Assembly (NCBI GenBank): GCA_963666215.2
Contig: CAXWPL010000002.1
Coordinates: forward strand, 64,001 to 128,000
From: Acidobacteriota bacterium
GTDB taxonomy: Bacteria; Acidobacteriota; UBA890; WLXD01
Length of the DNA stretch: 64,000 nt
Direction of reading: 5' to 3'
Position numbers and translations under genes: made by a program. The notes under the pieces are model-generated. The model had not been told where the DNA came from, did not search any database, and saw only the letters and a list, made by a program, of their open reading frames with translations. This document shows, one piece after another, positions 1 through 10,448 of this stretch. How positions within the stretch are numbered: position 1 is the first letter of the stretch; each line of letters opens with the position of its first letter.

Positions 1-1815
1 CTCAGCAAGGTCGAAGGCGGAGATATCGCCCACGTCACGATTGCCGGCACCAAGATCGAGGGCGAGCTCACCGATGGCAGCGGCAGTTTCGTCACCATCG
101 CGCCGCCGAGCTACGACGGCCTCGTAGCCCTGCTGCGCGAGAACGACATCGGGTTCGAGGCGCAAGACGCCAACCAGAATCCCTACATCACGGCGCTGAT
201 CACCTGGGCGCCGATGCTGCTTTTGATCGCGGTCTGGATCTTCTTCATGCGGCAGATGCAGAGCGGCGGCAATCGTGCCCTCGCATTTGGCAAGAGCCGC
301 GCTCGGCTATCGTCGAACCAGCAGAAGAAGGTCACATTCAAGGACGTCGCCGGCGCCGACGAAGCCAAGGAAGAGCTCGCCGAGATCATCGAGTTCCTGC
401 GCGAGCCGCAGAAGTTCCAGCGCCTCGGCGGTCGTATCCCCAAGGGAGTGCTGCTCATGGGGCCCCCCGGCACCGGCAAGACGCTGCTGGCGCGGGCAGT
501 GTCCGGCGAGGCCAGTGTTCCGTTCTTCTCGATCTCGGGGTCCGACTTCGTCGAGATGTTCGTGGGTGTCGGCGCCTCGCGAGTGCGCGATCTCTTCGAT
601 CAGGGCAAGAAGAACGCCCCATGCATCATCTTCATCGATGAGATCGACGCCGTTGGGCGCCATCGCGGCGCCGGCCTCGGCGGAGGCCACGACGAGCGCG
701 AACAGACACTCAACCAGCTTCTAGTGGAGATGGACGGTTTCGTCAGCAACGAGGGCGTCATCCTCATGTCGGCGACGAACCGCCCCGACGTGCTCGATCC
801 GGCGCTCCTACGCCCGGGTCGGTTCGACCGGCGTATCGTTATCGATCGCCCGGATGTTCGCGGTCGCGAGGGCATCCTCAAGGTGCACAGCCGCCACATT
901 CCGCTCGATCCCGATGTCAATTTGTCGTTGGTGGCGCGCAGCACTCCTGGGTTCTGCGGCGCCGATCTCGAGAATCTCGTCAACGAAGCCGCGCTCCTGG
1001 CCGCTCGCCACGACCACGACAAAGTGACGATGGACGACTTCGAGTACGCCAAAGACAAAGTGCTGATGGGCGCCGAGCGCAAGAGCATGATCATCTCCGA
1101 TGAGGAGAAGAAGATCACCGCGTACCACGAGTCTGGCCACGCGCTGGTTGCACACCTGTCCGAGGGCGCCGATCCGCTGCACAAGGTGACGATCATCCCG
1201 CGCGGTCGTGCGCTCGGCGTGACGATGCAGATGCCGCTCGACGACCGGCACAACTACAGCCGCAACTACCTCGAGACTCAGATCGCCGTCCTCCTCGGCG
1301 GCCGCATTGCGGAGGAGCTCATTCTCGGAGAGCAGACCACCGGTGCTGGCAACGACCTGGAGCGGGTCACCGATATCGCCCGACGGATGGTGACCGAGTG
1401 GGGGATGAGCGCTCGCTTCGGACCGCTGAACTTTTCTAGCGGCCCCGGCGAGATTTTCCTCGGGCGCGATTTTGCCAAACAGAACGAGTACTCCGAGAGC
1501 ACAGCGAACATGATCGACAGCGAGGTCAAGGGCCTCATCGATCGCGGGTACGAGAAGACGACCGCGCTGCTGTCGGCCCACACCGAGGTCTTGCATGCGA
1601 TCGCCAAGGCGCTCTTGTCTCGAGAGGTGCTCGACGGCGCCGACATCGCGGCACTGGCCGCCGGACAGCCGCTTCCGGATTCTGATTCTGAGACGAGCCC
1701 GACATCATCGGTGTCGCAACCGGACGCGTCGGAGCATGCCTCGAGTGACGAGGATCGGTCCGTGAAGCTTCCCGGAATCGCCGACGGCCACCCGGCGGAG
1801 GGCTATACCGGTTGA
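1..1815 (+). CDS. ftsH: ATP-dependent zinc metalloprotease FtsH (5' end outside window)
   Basis: Frame is open from base 1; TM helix, Walker A GPPGTGKT, Walker B IIFIDEID, second region of homology [24 protein letters not shown] motif HESGH. Confidence 0.97.
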   Translation, partial: LSKVEGGDIAHVTIAGTKIEGELTDGSGSFVTIAPPSYDGLVALLRENDIGFEAQDANQNPYITALITWAPMLLLIAVWIFFMRQMQSGGNRALAFGKSRARLSSNQQKKVTFKDVAGADEAKEELAEIIEFLREPQKFQRLGGRIPKGVLLMGPPGTGKTLLARAVSGEASVPFFSISGSDFVEMFVGVGASRVRDLFDQGKKNAPCIIFIDEIDAVGRHRGAGLGGGHDEREQTLNQLLVEMDGFVSNEGVILMSATNRPDVLDPALLRPGRFDRRIVIDRPDVRGREGILKVHSRHIPLDPDVNLSLVARSTPGFCGADLENLVNEAALLAARHDHDKVTMDDFEYAKDKVLMGAERKSMIISDEEKKITAYHESGHALVAHLSEGADPLHKVTIIPRGRALGVTMQMPLDDRHNYSRNYLETQIAVLLGGRIAEELILGEQTTGAGNDLERVTDIARRMVTEWGMSARFGPLNFSSGPGEIFLGRDFAKQNEYSESTANMIDSEVKGLIDRGYEKTTALLSAHTEVLHAIAKALLSREVLDGADIAALAAGQPLPDSDSETSPTSSVSQPDASEHASSDEDRSVKLPGIADGHPAEGYTG

Positions 1816-1906
1816 GCCGGCGGGCCGTCCGGCCCGCGCGCTCGGCCGAGGAGTCGTGCTTGGGGCCATTCTTGCGTTCACGCCGGCCCCCAACCCGGCT
1901 GATTAA

Positions 1907-3205
1907 ATGAGCGGCGAGTCGGCACACAGAAGCGTCGGCGTCGGCTCCGAGGGCACGTCTCGGCGCATTTCTCAGCGACCTTCGTCGATCCCGATGCTGG
2001 CTCACAACGCCTATGTGCTGCGCGGTTACGACCCGCAGCCACCGTCGCCGGGATACCCCGCGGGCACGGGGGCTCCGGAAGCGGACGAGGCCGGAGCGTC
2101 GCACGGAACGTACATCGTTCGCCTGGAGGGTGTGGCGACCGAACTCGCCGACGGCTTTGTCGACGCGGTGTCAACGGCCGGTGCCGCGGCCGTCGTCCAG
2201 CCTCGTGGAGACTCCGGTGCGCGCCTCGATCTGTTCGCCAGCTTGCCGCAGGTGGAGGTGCTGCGCAGTCAGTTGCTGGCGGCCGCTCCCGGCCTTTCGC
2301 GCCTGGCCGAGGAGGTTGTCGCCGCGTTGCAGGCATATCACAGGCTCGAATTTCGTCTGCGTTGCGGCGCTCGGACGCTCGAGTGTGGTCGCCGGCCGCT
2401 GGTCATGGGGGTGATCAATTGCACCCCCGATTCGTTCTACGGCGGCAGCATTGCCCTCGGCGACGCGGCTCTTCGGCGCGCCGAGCGGATGGTGGCTCGA
2501 GGCGTTGACATCGTTGATGTGGGCGGAGAGTCGACACGGCCAGGGAGTCAATCGATCGACGCGGCAGAAGAGATGCGCCGCGTCGTCCCGGTTGTCCGGC
2601 TGCTGAATCGGCGGCTACGAGTGCCGATTTCCATCGATACGACGAAGTCGGTGGTCGCGCGAGCTGCCATCGACGCCGGGGCGACGATCGTCAACGACAC
2701 GAGCGGCTTCAGCGCCGACGAGCGACTCGGCTCGGTCCTTGCCGCCGCGGGCGTTCCCGTTACTTTGATCCTGATGCATACGCGGGGGCCATCGCAGCGC
2801 ATGTACGCGCAGGCCGAGTACGGCGATGTGGTCGGTGAGGTGATCGCCGAGCTGCGTGCCGCCGTAGGTCGCGCGACTCAGGCGGGCATTCCGCTCGATT
2901 CAATTGTTGTCGACCCGGGCATCGGCTTCGCCAAGAGGGCCGAGCACAGTCTCGTGATTCTGCACAATCTCGCGGCGTTCCGCTCGCTCGGACGCCCCCT
3001 TCTGGTGGGTGTTTCGCGAAAGTCGTTCATCGGTGCCGTGCTAGATTTGCCAGCAGAGGAACGTTTGGATGGAACTGCGGCGGCTGTCGCTGCGGCGGTG
3101 CTACAGGGCGCTCATATTCTGCGCGTGCACGATGTCGGCGCGATGCGGCGGGCCGCCGACATGGCCGCGGCGATCCGTTGTGAGGGACGCGGATGGATTT
3201 GCTGA
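1907..3205 (+). CDS. folP: Dihydropteroate synthase with N-terminal extension (start may be ATG 1994)
   Basis: MGVINCTPDSF, DVGGESTRPG, ISIDT, DPGIGFAK, VGVSRKSF, RVHDV; classic ftsH-folP order. Confidence 0.95.
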   Translation: MSGESAHRSVGVGSEGTSRRISQRPSSIPMLAHNAYVLRGYDPQPPSPGYPAGTGAPEADEAGASHGTYIVRLEGVATELADGFVDAVSTAGAAAVVQPRGDSGARLDLFASLPQVEVLRSQLLAAAPGLSRLAEEVVAALQAYHRLEFRLRCGARTLECGRRPLVMGVINCTPDSFYGGSIALGDAALRRAERMVARGVDIVDVGGESTRPGSQSIDAAEEMRRVVPVVRLLNRRLRVPISIDTTKSVVARAAIDAGATIVNDTSGFSADERLGSVLAAAGVPVTLILMHTRGPSQRMYAQAEYGDVVGEVIAELRAAVGRATQAGIPLDSIVVDPGIGFAKRAEHSLVILHNLAAFRSLGRPLLVGVSRKSFIGAVLDLPAEERLDGTAAAVAAAVLQGAHILRVHDVGAMRRAADMAAAIRCEGRGWIC

Positions 3206-4062
3206 GCCGAATCGGTTTGATGGGTCCGTTCGGGCTGCGTGACGTTGTCGACGTGCTCATCGTTGCGGTGATCTTTTATCAGATCCTGCTGCGCATCCAG
3301 GGGACGCGAGCGGTGCGTATCGCCGTCGGCCTGGGCGTTGTTTTCGTCTTCTATCTGTTGGCCCGTCTGACCGGCCTACGGACCGTCGACTGGCTCTTTG
3401 CGAACGTCTTCACGTACATCGTTCTTGCCATCCTCGTGCTGTTCCAGCGCGAGCTCCGACAGGTGCTGGCGAGCATCGGCCACACGCCGTTCTTCCGCTC
3501 GCTCAGCAACCCGGTCGCCGAGGAGCCGCTCGACCACGTGATCAGCGCCGCCACCGCGATGGCGCAACAGCGTCGCGGCGCCCTTATCGTGTTCGAGCGC
3601 AGTGTGGGGTTACGCAACTACGTGGCGCAGGGGATCGGCCTCGACGCACAGATCTCGTATGACCTGTTGCTGTCGATCTTCCACACGGAAACACCGCTGC
3701 ACGATGGCGCGGTGATCGTCCAGGGTGACCGTATTGCGGCGGCGTCGAGCTTCTTGCCGCTCACAACGAACCCGCGATTGGCTCGCGATCTGGGCTCACG
3801 GCACCGCGCGGCCATCGGTGTCTCGGAGGAAACCGACGCCGTGGCAGTGGTGGTGTCCGAGGAAACCGGGACGATCTCGATCGTCGTTGACGGGCGTATC
3901 ACCCGGCGGGTCGACGCGGCCAGCTTGCGCGTTCGACTGCGGGAGCTTTTCCACCCTGAGTCGTCGGACGACGATCAGAGTGCCGACAAGCAGGCGTCCG
4001 GGACCGCAGAGGCGTCGGCTGCCGCCGAAGCCGACGCCGAGGTCGCGAAGGTGGGTCCGTGA
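3193..4062 (+). CDS. cdaA: Membrane diadenylate cyclase CdaA
   Basis: Three N-terminal TM segments; DAC motifs PLHDGA and GSRHRAAIG. Confidence 0.95.
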   Translation: MDLLSRIGLMGPFGLRDVVDVLIVAVIFYQILLRIQGTRAVRIAVGLGVVFVFYLLARLTGLRTVDWLFANVFTYIVLAILVLFQRELRQVLASIGHTPFFRSLSNPVAEEPLDHVISAATAMAQQRRGALIVFERSVGLRNYVAQGIGLDAQISYDLLLSIFHTETPLHDGAVIVQGDRIAAASSFLPLTTNPRLARDLGSRHRAAIGVSEETDAVAVVVSEETGTISIVVDGRITRRVDAASLRVRLRELFHPESSDDDQSADKQASGTAEASAAAEADAEVAKVGP

Positions 4063-5036
4063 GCGGCCTCGCAGCGGTCCGAGTGCTGCGCTTCCGGCCA
4101 TTTGGCAACCTGAACTTGAAGCTCACGGCGATCGCACTCGCTTCTGGGTTGTGGGCGTTGGTCAGCATCGACGTATCGGTTCCGCACATCGTTTCTGGCG
4201 TCCCGGTTCGAGTGGAGTCCATCCCCGACGACTTGGCCCTCGCGGAGCCCTTCACGCAAACCATCAGTATTCAGGTGCGCGGTGCCACGGCGCGGACCCG
4301 CGAGCTCGTGGCTGGAGAGCTGTCGCCACGCATTGATCTCTTTGGAGCCTTCGCTGGCGAGCAGGTTATCCGTCTGGTGGCCGACGACATTCCGGCGCCA
4401 CTCGGTGTGACGGTTGAGCGCATCGTGCCAGAGACGGTTTCGATTCAACTCGAGGAGCGTGTGCGGCGACAGGTGCCGATCAGCGTTGTCGTCGAAGGCA
4501 GTCCGCGCAGCGGGTTCGAGATTGCCGACAAGCAGATTGATGTCGCAACCGCCGAGGTGAGCGGGCCACGCAGCCGCGTCGAGGCGCTGGCGTCGATCCC
4601 TACCGAAACCATCAACGTCACCGGCAGAAGCGAGTCGGTGGAGCGACGCGTTACCGTACTGAGTCCCGACCCGTTGCTGCGCATCGAATCGGCGCCGATC
4701 GTGCAGATGACGATTGTGATTGTCGAGTCGACGGCGCGCGCCGAGATCGCTGGTGTCGGCCTGGAAGTGGTTAGAGCGCGCACGCGCGTCGACCTCAACC
4801 CCAACGAGATCGGGGTGTACGTGAGTGGCCCGGCGTCGGTAGTGGCGTCGCTGATGGCTGTGGACTTCCGCGCCGAGATCGACGTGGAAGGCCTCGACCC
4901 GCGCGCCGAGGACTATCGTCTGGAGCCAAGCATCGAGTTCACGCGCGACGGACTCGCCGAGGTGATTACCGTCGAATGGGTGACCCCACAGCGGCTCATC
5001 AACGTTCACGTTTACGACCTGCCGGTTGAACGCTGA
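4059..5036 (+). CDS. cdaR: CdaR/YbbR-domain protein
   Basis: N-terminal TM (LKLTAIALASGLWALV) followed by beta-rich YbbR-like repeats; GTGA overlap with cdaA. Confidence 0.88.
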   Translation: MSGLAAVRVLRFRPFGNLNLKLTAIALASGLWALVSIDVSVPHIVSGVPVRVESIPDDLALAEPFTQTISIQVRGATARTRELVAGELSPRIDLFGAFAGEQVIRLVADDIPAPLGVTVERIVPETVSIQLEERVRRQVPISVVVEGSPRSGFEIADKQIDVATAEVSGPRSRVEALASIPTETINVTGRSESVERRVTVLSPDPLLRIESAPIVQMTIVIVESTARAEIAGVGLEVVRARTRVDLNPNEIGVYVSGPASVVASLMAVDFRAEIDVEGLDPRAEDYRLEPSIEFTRDGLAEVITVEWVTPQRLINVHVYDLPVER

Positions 5037-5156
5037 CGGTTCGCGGACAGGTGCGCTCCCGAACCCGATTTGCGCTCGCTTCGATCCGCGAAAGTGCTTT
5101 GCCGCACTGGCAGGAGTTCGCTACCGTAAGGTGCTGCTAGCCGCCTGGGAACCACG

Positions 5157-6536
5157 ATGACACCCGCTACTCGACCGCAGAAAAATCGCCTCTTTGGCAC
5201 CGATGGCGTGCGAGGCATTGCCAACGTCGAGCCGATGACGGTGGAGACGGCGGTGAGCCTGGGACGTTCGGCGGCTCACGTCTTCAAGGATGGCACACAC
5301 CGCCACAAGATCCTGATCGGCAAAGACACGCGCCTGTCGGGCTACATGATCGAAAGCGCGTTGATCGCCGGCGTGTGCTCGATGGGCGTCGACGCGATCG
5401 TGGTGGGGCCGCTGCCGAGTCCGGGAATCGCCTTCGCCACGCGCTCGTTGCGGGCCGATGCCGGAATCATGATCTCGGCCTCCCACAACCCGTACGTCGA
5501 CAATGGCATCAAATTCTTCTCACGCGAGGGCTTCAAGCTCGACGTGGGCTTGGAGCAGCAGATCGAGGACCTCACGTTCACCGGTCGTATTGACGATATC
5601 CGGCCCACCGCCGGGGAAGTCGGCAAGGCCTTTCGAATCGACGATGTTGGTGGGCGCTACGTGGAGTTCCTCAAGCGCTCGGTGCCGCGCGACTTCAGCC
5701 TGGAGGGGATGCGCATTGTCGTGGATGGTGCCAACGGTGCCGCGTACAAGGTTGGGCCCGCGTTGTTCGCCGAGCTCGGCGCCAGTGTGATTCCGATCGG
5801 CGTGCAGCCGAACGGCACGAACATCAACGACGGCGTGGGCTCCCTGCATCTGGAGAACGCGGCCGAGCAGGTGCTGATGCACGGTGCCGACCTGGCGATC
5901 TGTCTCGACGGTGACGCCGACCGCTGTCTTTTTGCCGACGGCGAGGGCCGTGCCATCGACGGCGACCGCGTGCTGGCGATTTCCGGCCGCTGGTTGAAGG
6001 ATCGCGGAGAGCTGGCCAACAACACCGCCGTGGCCACCGTGATGAGCAATCTGGCGCTCGATCTGTCGCTGCGCGAGGTCGGCGTGCACGTTGAGCGCAC
6101 CCAAGTGGGTGACCGCTTCGTTGTCGAATGCATGCGCGCCAACGGCCATCGACTGGGTGGCGAACAATCGGGGCACATGGTCTACCTCGACCACAACACG
6201 ACGGGCGACGGACTGTTGACGGCACTGCAGCTGCTCCGAGTCATCGCCGACACGGGCAAGTCTCTCGCCGAGCTGTCGCGCTGTATGGACCCGATGCCAC
6301 AGGTGTTGCTCAATGTCGAGATCGCGGACCGCCGCTCGTTCGACGAGCTGCCCACCGTGACGAGCGCAATCGCCAGCGCCGAGGACGAGCTCGGTGACCG
6401 CGGCCGCGTCCTGGTACGCTACTCGGGTACGCAGCCGATGGTTCGTGTCATGGTCGAGGGCGAGAATCTCGATCGCATCGAGGGCTTGGCTGGCGACATC
6501 GCCGGAGCCTTGAAGGCGACGATCGGGGCTGCTTGA
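5157..6536 (+). CDS. glmM: Phosphoglucosamine mutase
   Basis: LFGTDGVRG, GKDTRLSG, ISASHNP, DGDADR, GGEQSGH, RYSGT. Confidence 0.97.
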   Translation: MTPATRPQKNRLFGTDGVRGIANVEPMTVETAVSLGRSAAHVFKDGTHRHKILIGKDTRLSGYMIESALIAGVCSMGVDAIVVGPLPSPGIAFATRSLRADAGIMISASHNPYVDNGIKFFSREGFKLDVGLEQQIEDLTFTGRIDDIRPTAGEVGKAFRIDDVGGRYVEFLKRSVPRDFSLEGMRIVVDGANGAAYKVGPALFAELGASVIPIGVQPNGTNINDGVGSLHLENAAEQVLMHGADLAICLDGDADRCLFADGEGRAIDGDRVLAISGRWLKDRGELANNTAVATVMSNLALDLSLREVGVHVERTQVGDRFVVECMRANGHRLGGEQSGHMVYLDHNTTGDGLLTALQLLRVIADTGKSLAELSRCMDPMPQVLLNVEIADRRSFDELPTVTSAIASAEDELGDRGRVLVRYSGTQPMVRVMVEGENLDRIEGLAGDIAGALKATIGAA

Positions 6537-6581
6537 GCGCCAGTCGACCACGAGCTTTTTGGTGCAGACCAGGAGGTACGC

Positions 6582-7334
6582 TTGGCCGTAGCGGCTGCCG
6601 GCGGCGAGTCGGTTTTTCTCGGAGTCAACGTCGACCACGTCGCCACTCTCCGCCAGGCGCGTCGCGCGCCCGAGCCCGACCCGGTGCACGCCGCGGTGCT
6701 CGCCGAGCTCGGTGGAGCGGATGGCATCACCGTTCATCTGCGCAGCGATCGGCGGCACATCCAGGACCGTGATGTGGAGCTGCTCTCGGCAACCGTCAAG
6801 ACGCATCTGAACGTCGAGATGGCGGCCACCGAAGCCATGCTTGCGGTCGCTCGTCGCCTCCGTCCCGACGCCGTCTCGTTGGTGCCCGAGCGGCCCGAGG
6901 AGCTCACTACAGAAGGCGGACTGGATTTGGGCGCGGATACCGAGCACCTGCGAACACACATCGCCGCCTTGCGTGGCGCCGGAATCTCGGTGGCTGTTTT
7001 TCTCGATCCGGACGAGCGGCAGATCGAAACCGCCGCCTCGCTCGGGTTGCAGCAAATCGAGATCAATACGGCCGCCTACGCCGACTGCAGTGAGGCCCGT
7101 CGGGTCGAACAGACCACCATCGAGTTGGAGACGCTGACTCGTGCCGCCCAGCTCGGACACGCAGCTGGTTTGAGGGTCGCGGCGGGGCACGGCTTGACCT
7201 ATCGAAACGTTGCCGCCGTGGTGGCGATTCCGGAGATTGTCGAGCTCAACATCGGCCACAACATCGTGGCGCGCGCGGCGCTGGTCGGGATGGAACGCGC
7301 GGTCTCCGAAATGAAGGTGTTGCTCCGACGCTAG
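6582..7334 (+). CDS. pdxJ: Pyridoxine 5'-phosphate synthase
   Basis: [42 protein letters not shown]; AGGAGG precedes the TTG start. Confidence 0.97.
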   Translation: MAVAAAGGESVFLGVNVDHVATLRQARRAPEPDPVHAAVLAELGGADGITVHLRSDRRHIQDRDVELLSATVKTHLNVEMAATEAMLAVARRLRPDAVSLVPERPEELTTEGGLDLGADTEHLRTHIAALRGAGISVAVFLDPDERQIETAASLGLQQIEINTAAYADCSEARRVEQTTIELETLTRAAQLGHAAGLRVAAGHGLTYRNVAAVVAIPEIVELNIGHNIVARAALVGMERAVSEMKVLLRR

Positions 7335-7352
7335 TGGTAAAATCCCGGCCCC
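7335..7352 (+). promoter_or_regulatory. Extended -10 promoter (TGgTAAAAT) with GC-rich discriminator for the tRNA pair
   Basis: TG 7335-7336, TAAAAT 7338-7343, then CCCGGCCCC before the tRNA start at 7355. Confidence 0.6.
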
Positions 7353-7354
7353 GT

Positions 7355-7430
<76 letters not shown>

Positions 7431-7518
7431 AAAATTGCGAGTTCGAGCGTCGCGCGTGACCAGCCACGGCGGCAAGTCGCCGGCCGACTGCGCCGGACAG
7501 CATCAGTAGTTTGAATGC

Positions 7519-7596
7519 GGGGCCGTGGTGTAGCCTGGTTAACACGCCGGCCTGTCAAGCCGGAGATCGCGGGTTCAAATCCCGTCGGCCCCGCCA
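7519..7596 (+). tRNA. tRNA-Asp (anticodon GTC)
   Basis: GGGGCCG/CGGCCCC acceptor stem, CCGGC-CT-GTC-AA-GCCGG anticodon arm, GGTTCAAATCC T-arm, encoded CCA. Confidence 0.97.
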
Positions 7597-7723
7597 TTCT
7601 TTCGCGCCTCTTCCCGCCGAATTCGGCACTCCACCTGCCCATTGGGCAGGTCCTACGGCACCTGCGGTTTTCGGGGTGCATGAAGCGTGTGCTACTGTCC
7701 GGCGGTCGAAAACCATCCCGAAT

Positions 7724-7744
7724 TCCTACATGGCTCCTACATGG
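7724..7744 (+). repeat. Tandem direct repeat TCCTACATGG x2 (candidate integrase arm-type sites)
   Basis: Exact 10-mers at 7724-7733 and 7735-7744 (11-bp period), about 125 bp inside the left att; the function is inferred. Confidence 0.55.
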
Positions 7745-7801
7745 GCGAAGTTACCGGCCCCAGTTCAGGCCGTGAAAATGGGGCCGGGAGAGGAGGCAGG
7801 T

Positions 7802-8197
7802 ATGGAAGTCGTCGAAGCTGACCGCGAGCTGTTCGTCAACACCATCTTCAAGGAACTCACGAGCGTTGCCCGCAAGCACCTTGAGGCCATCCAACAGATT
7901 TGGGACAGCGGGCGCGTCGCCGTCGTCATCGTGAACCCGGCCCCCGAGGCCGAGAAGCATTTGCGCCGCCTAGGCTGGCCGAAGCGCGTCGTGCTGTCCT
8001 TGCCCGAGGCCATGCGTCGGGATCTGACCGACGAGACCTCGATAACGTCCGACCCGGCAACCCGACGTTGGATCGAGTGCCCCCGCGACGGCATCGGCCG
8101 TGTGCTGCTCTTCCACGGATACAGTTCGTTGCTGTTCAACTTTGGTGAGGAAGGTTGGTGGATCGAGCCCGGAAGTACCGACGGACCCATCAACTGA
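7802..8197 (+). CDS. Hypothetical protein (131 aa) upstream of the integrase
   Basis: GAGGAGG RBS before ATG 7802; protein-like composition; no family recognised. Confidence 0.7.
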   Translation: MEVVEADRELFVNTIFKELTSVARKHLEAIQQIWDSGRVAVVIVNPAPEAEKHLRRLGWPKRVVLSLPEAMRRDLTDETSITSDPATRRWIECPRDGIGRVLLFHGYSSLLFNFGEEGWWIEPGSTDGPIN

Positions 8198-8213
8198 ACG
8201 GAAGGGTGCGGCG

Positions 8214-9545
8214 GTGGCAGAGCGGGTCAAGCTGACCAAGAGCGTGGTCGACAAGGCGGTGCATGAGGGGGCAGGGAATCAGAGCTTCCTCCGGGACAGC
8301 GAGTTGGCGGGGTTTTGTTTACGGATCACTGCCGGGCGCGTCAAGAGCTACTGCGTCGAGTACACCGTGGCCGGGCGCAACCGTCGCGTCACTCTCGGCG
8401 GACACGGGCGGATCACCGTTGATCAGGCGAGGACCTTGGCGCTCAACGAGCTGAACGCCGCCGCGATGGCGGACAAGGGAATGGGCGTCGACCCGGCGGA
8501 GAAGCGGAAGCGGGAGAAGGAAGGCGACACCCTCCAGGACGTCGCCACCCGCTACCTCGATGACCTCAAGGGGCGGGCGAAAGCGGGTGCGGCCAAAGGC
8601 CGGCTGAGCGGCTGGGAAAGCGCGAAGGGACTGTGGGGCCGGCACGTTCCCCCGTCACTCAAGAGCCGGAAGGTGGCCGACATCACGACGGCCGATGTCA
8701 GTAAGGTGCACAAGAAGCTCGGCAACGCGGGCATGGCTCCGACGGCCGATCACGTCAGGACGGTCCTGCATAGCGTGCTTGAGCTGGCGCTTGCCGAGGG
8801 GCTGATCGACCGCAACCCGGCGACGGCCGTCAAGCGCTACTCGAAGCCCTCGAAGAGGCGCCGGGCGCTGACGCTGGAGGAGTTGGCGAGCATGGGGGAG
8901 GCGCTCTCCGAGGCGGAGCGGACCGGGAAGCTCGACGGCCAGCCGGTGGACCCGGCGGGGGTGCTGGCAATGAGGTTGCTTGCGCTTACAGGCATGAGGA
9001 AAAGCGAGCTTCTGGGGCATCACACCAGCGCAAGACGGGGGCCGAGAGAGGGGTTGCGGTGGGCCGACATGGACCTCGACGGTCGCAGCTACAGGCTGCA
9101 ATCGCATGGTGGAGGCAGCGGGGGCAAGGGGGGTGAGCCGAGGGTGTTGCCGTTGGGGCAGGCGGTGGTGGATTTGTTGCGGGGGGTGAAGCCCGAGGAC
9201 GTCGACGAAGAGCGACCGGTGTGCCCGTCGCCACGCGATGCGTCGCAGCCGTTCCAATACATCAACCCCGTGCGGGGCGCCGTCTACGAGGCGGCGGAGA
9301 TCGAGGGCGCCGACCTGCATTCCTTGCGTCATTCGTTTGAGAGCATCGCCTTCAGCATGGGGCCGGCGTACGGGGGATGTTTGACCGGTCGGACCATCGT
9401 GAAGGGGAGCTTGCGCGCCTATGTACACATCGACGCCGACGTGTTGCATGAGCTGGCGGACAAGGTTGCTGGCAGGATTGGCGATGCGATGGCCGGCAGG
9501 CTGGCGGACGTGGTGCCGATTGAGCGCAAGCGAGGGCAGCGGTGA
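8214..9545 (+). CDS. Tyrosine recombinase/integrase with N-terminal arm-binding domain
   Basis: KLTKSVVD..LRDSELAGFCLRI..RRVTLG arm domain; LALTGMRKSE, LHSLRH and RAYVH catalytic motifs. Confidence 0.92.
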   Translation: MAERVKLTKSVVDKAVHEGAGNQSFLRDSELAGFCLRITAGRVKSYCVEYTVAGRNRRVTLGGHGRITVDQARTLALNELNAAAMADKGMGVDPAEKRKREKEGDTLQDVATRYLDDLKGRAKAGAAKGRLSGWESAKGLWGRHVPPSLKSRKVADITTADVSKVHKKLGNAGMAPTADHVRTVLHSVLELALAEGLIDRNPATAVKRYSKPSKRRRALTLEELASMGEALSEAERTGKLDGQPVDPAGVLAMRLLALTGMRKSELLGHHTSARRGPREGLRWADMDLDGRSYRLQSHGGGSGGKGGEPRVLPLGQAVVDLLRGVKPEDVDEERPVCPSPRDASQPFQYINPVRGAVYEAAEIEGADLHSLRHSFESIAFSMGPAYGGCLTGRTIVKGSLRAYVHIDADVLHELADKVAGRIGDAMAGRLADVVPIERKRGQR

Positions 9546-10072
9546 CGAAGGCGCGGCGGGTACCGACGCACGACCGGGGCGGGCGGCCGGTCGAGGGCGC
9601 TCAGGAGCTGCTGGACTGGATCGGACGGACGAACGAAGAGCGGTATGCGCGGGACCGGGTGCTGGGGATGATCCGGCGGGAGGATGACCCCAGCGACCAG
9701 GACTTGATCGAGTACCTTGAGCGGCCCGAGGGGCACGACCCGTACGGCATCAGTGCGAGAGACCTCGTGCCGGCGGTGGTGCGCGAGTACCTGGAGCGTC
9801 GACGCCGGGAAGGGGTGAAGATCGGCGCCAAGAAGGGGCGGCGGCTGACGCCTGGGGATGAAGCGTTCATCGTGTCATGCGTGCTCGATGAGCTGGCACG
9901 GCTGCGGCACCTGAAAAGCGACGGGGAGAGCGTCAGGGGTGGCGTGCTGACCACGGCCTACCAGAACGTCGCCGAGGAGCTGGACGTCGGGTGGCGCCGG
10001 GTCCAGCAGCTGGTGCGCGACGCGGACAAGCCGCGACGCCATCTATCAGCGCGAGCTCGAAGGGGTCGGTGA
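9542..10072 (+). CDS. Hypothetical protein with C-terminal HTH-like segment
   Basis: GTGA overlap with the integrase; AYQNVAEELDVGWRRVQQLVR resembles a helix-turn-helix. Confidence 0.65.
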   Translation: MTKARRVPTHDRGGRPVEGAQELLDWIGRTNEERYARDRVLGMIRREDDPSDQDLIEYLERPEGHDPYGISARDLVPAVVREYLERRRREGVKIGAKKGRRLTPGDEAFIVSCVLDELARLRHLKSDGESVRGGVLTTAYQNVAEELDVGWRRVQQLVRDADKPRRHLSARARRGR

Positions 10073-10387
10073 AGCAACCAAGCTCGTTGGCCTACGTGCG
10101 ATCGCTGCACGAAGGAATCCGGAGAGATTCCTCACGGACGACACCGATCCGCTGTTCGGACCGACCGTGTTCGACAGCATTGTGATCAAGATCCAGGAAG
10201 CCGAGGAAGTTGACTACTGGGCCGCCGTTGAACGGACGGTCGCGTACCTCGAAAGCGATCATGTTCGGCAGATTCCGACCAGCCGGATCCGCGCCGAGCT
10301 ATTCGCTGAAGTCGCGGTGGCCATGCGAGGGCCCCATGCGCGGGTGCTCCGCGCGAGCGATGTCCGCGATATCGATCACCTGGCGAC
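10035..10387 (+). pseudogene. Internal fragment of an unknown gene, cut by IS3
   Basis: Open frame DAIYQRELEG...IPTSRIRAELFA...SDVRDIDHLAT with no convincing start; runs into the IS3 left IR. Confidence 0.5.
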
Positions 10388-10448
10388 TGGGCCTGCCCCG
10401 ATTTCACGGACACTTCAAGAGGCCAGATAATGGTCTCGGAGGTGACCG

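Noticed and set aside
7511-7801. N-terminal part of the 228-aa ORF
   Set aside because: It overlaps tRNA-Asp and the att region; the RBS supports ATG 7802
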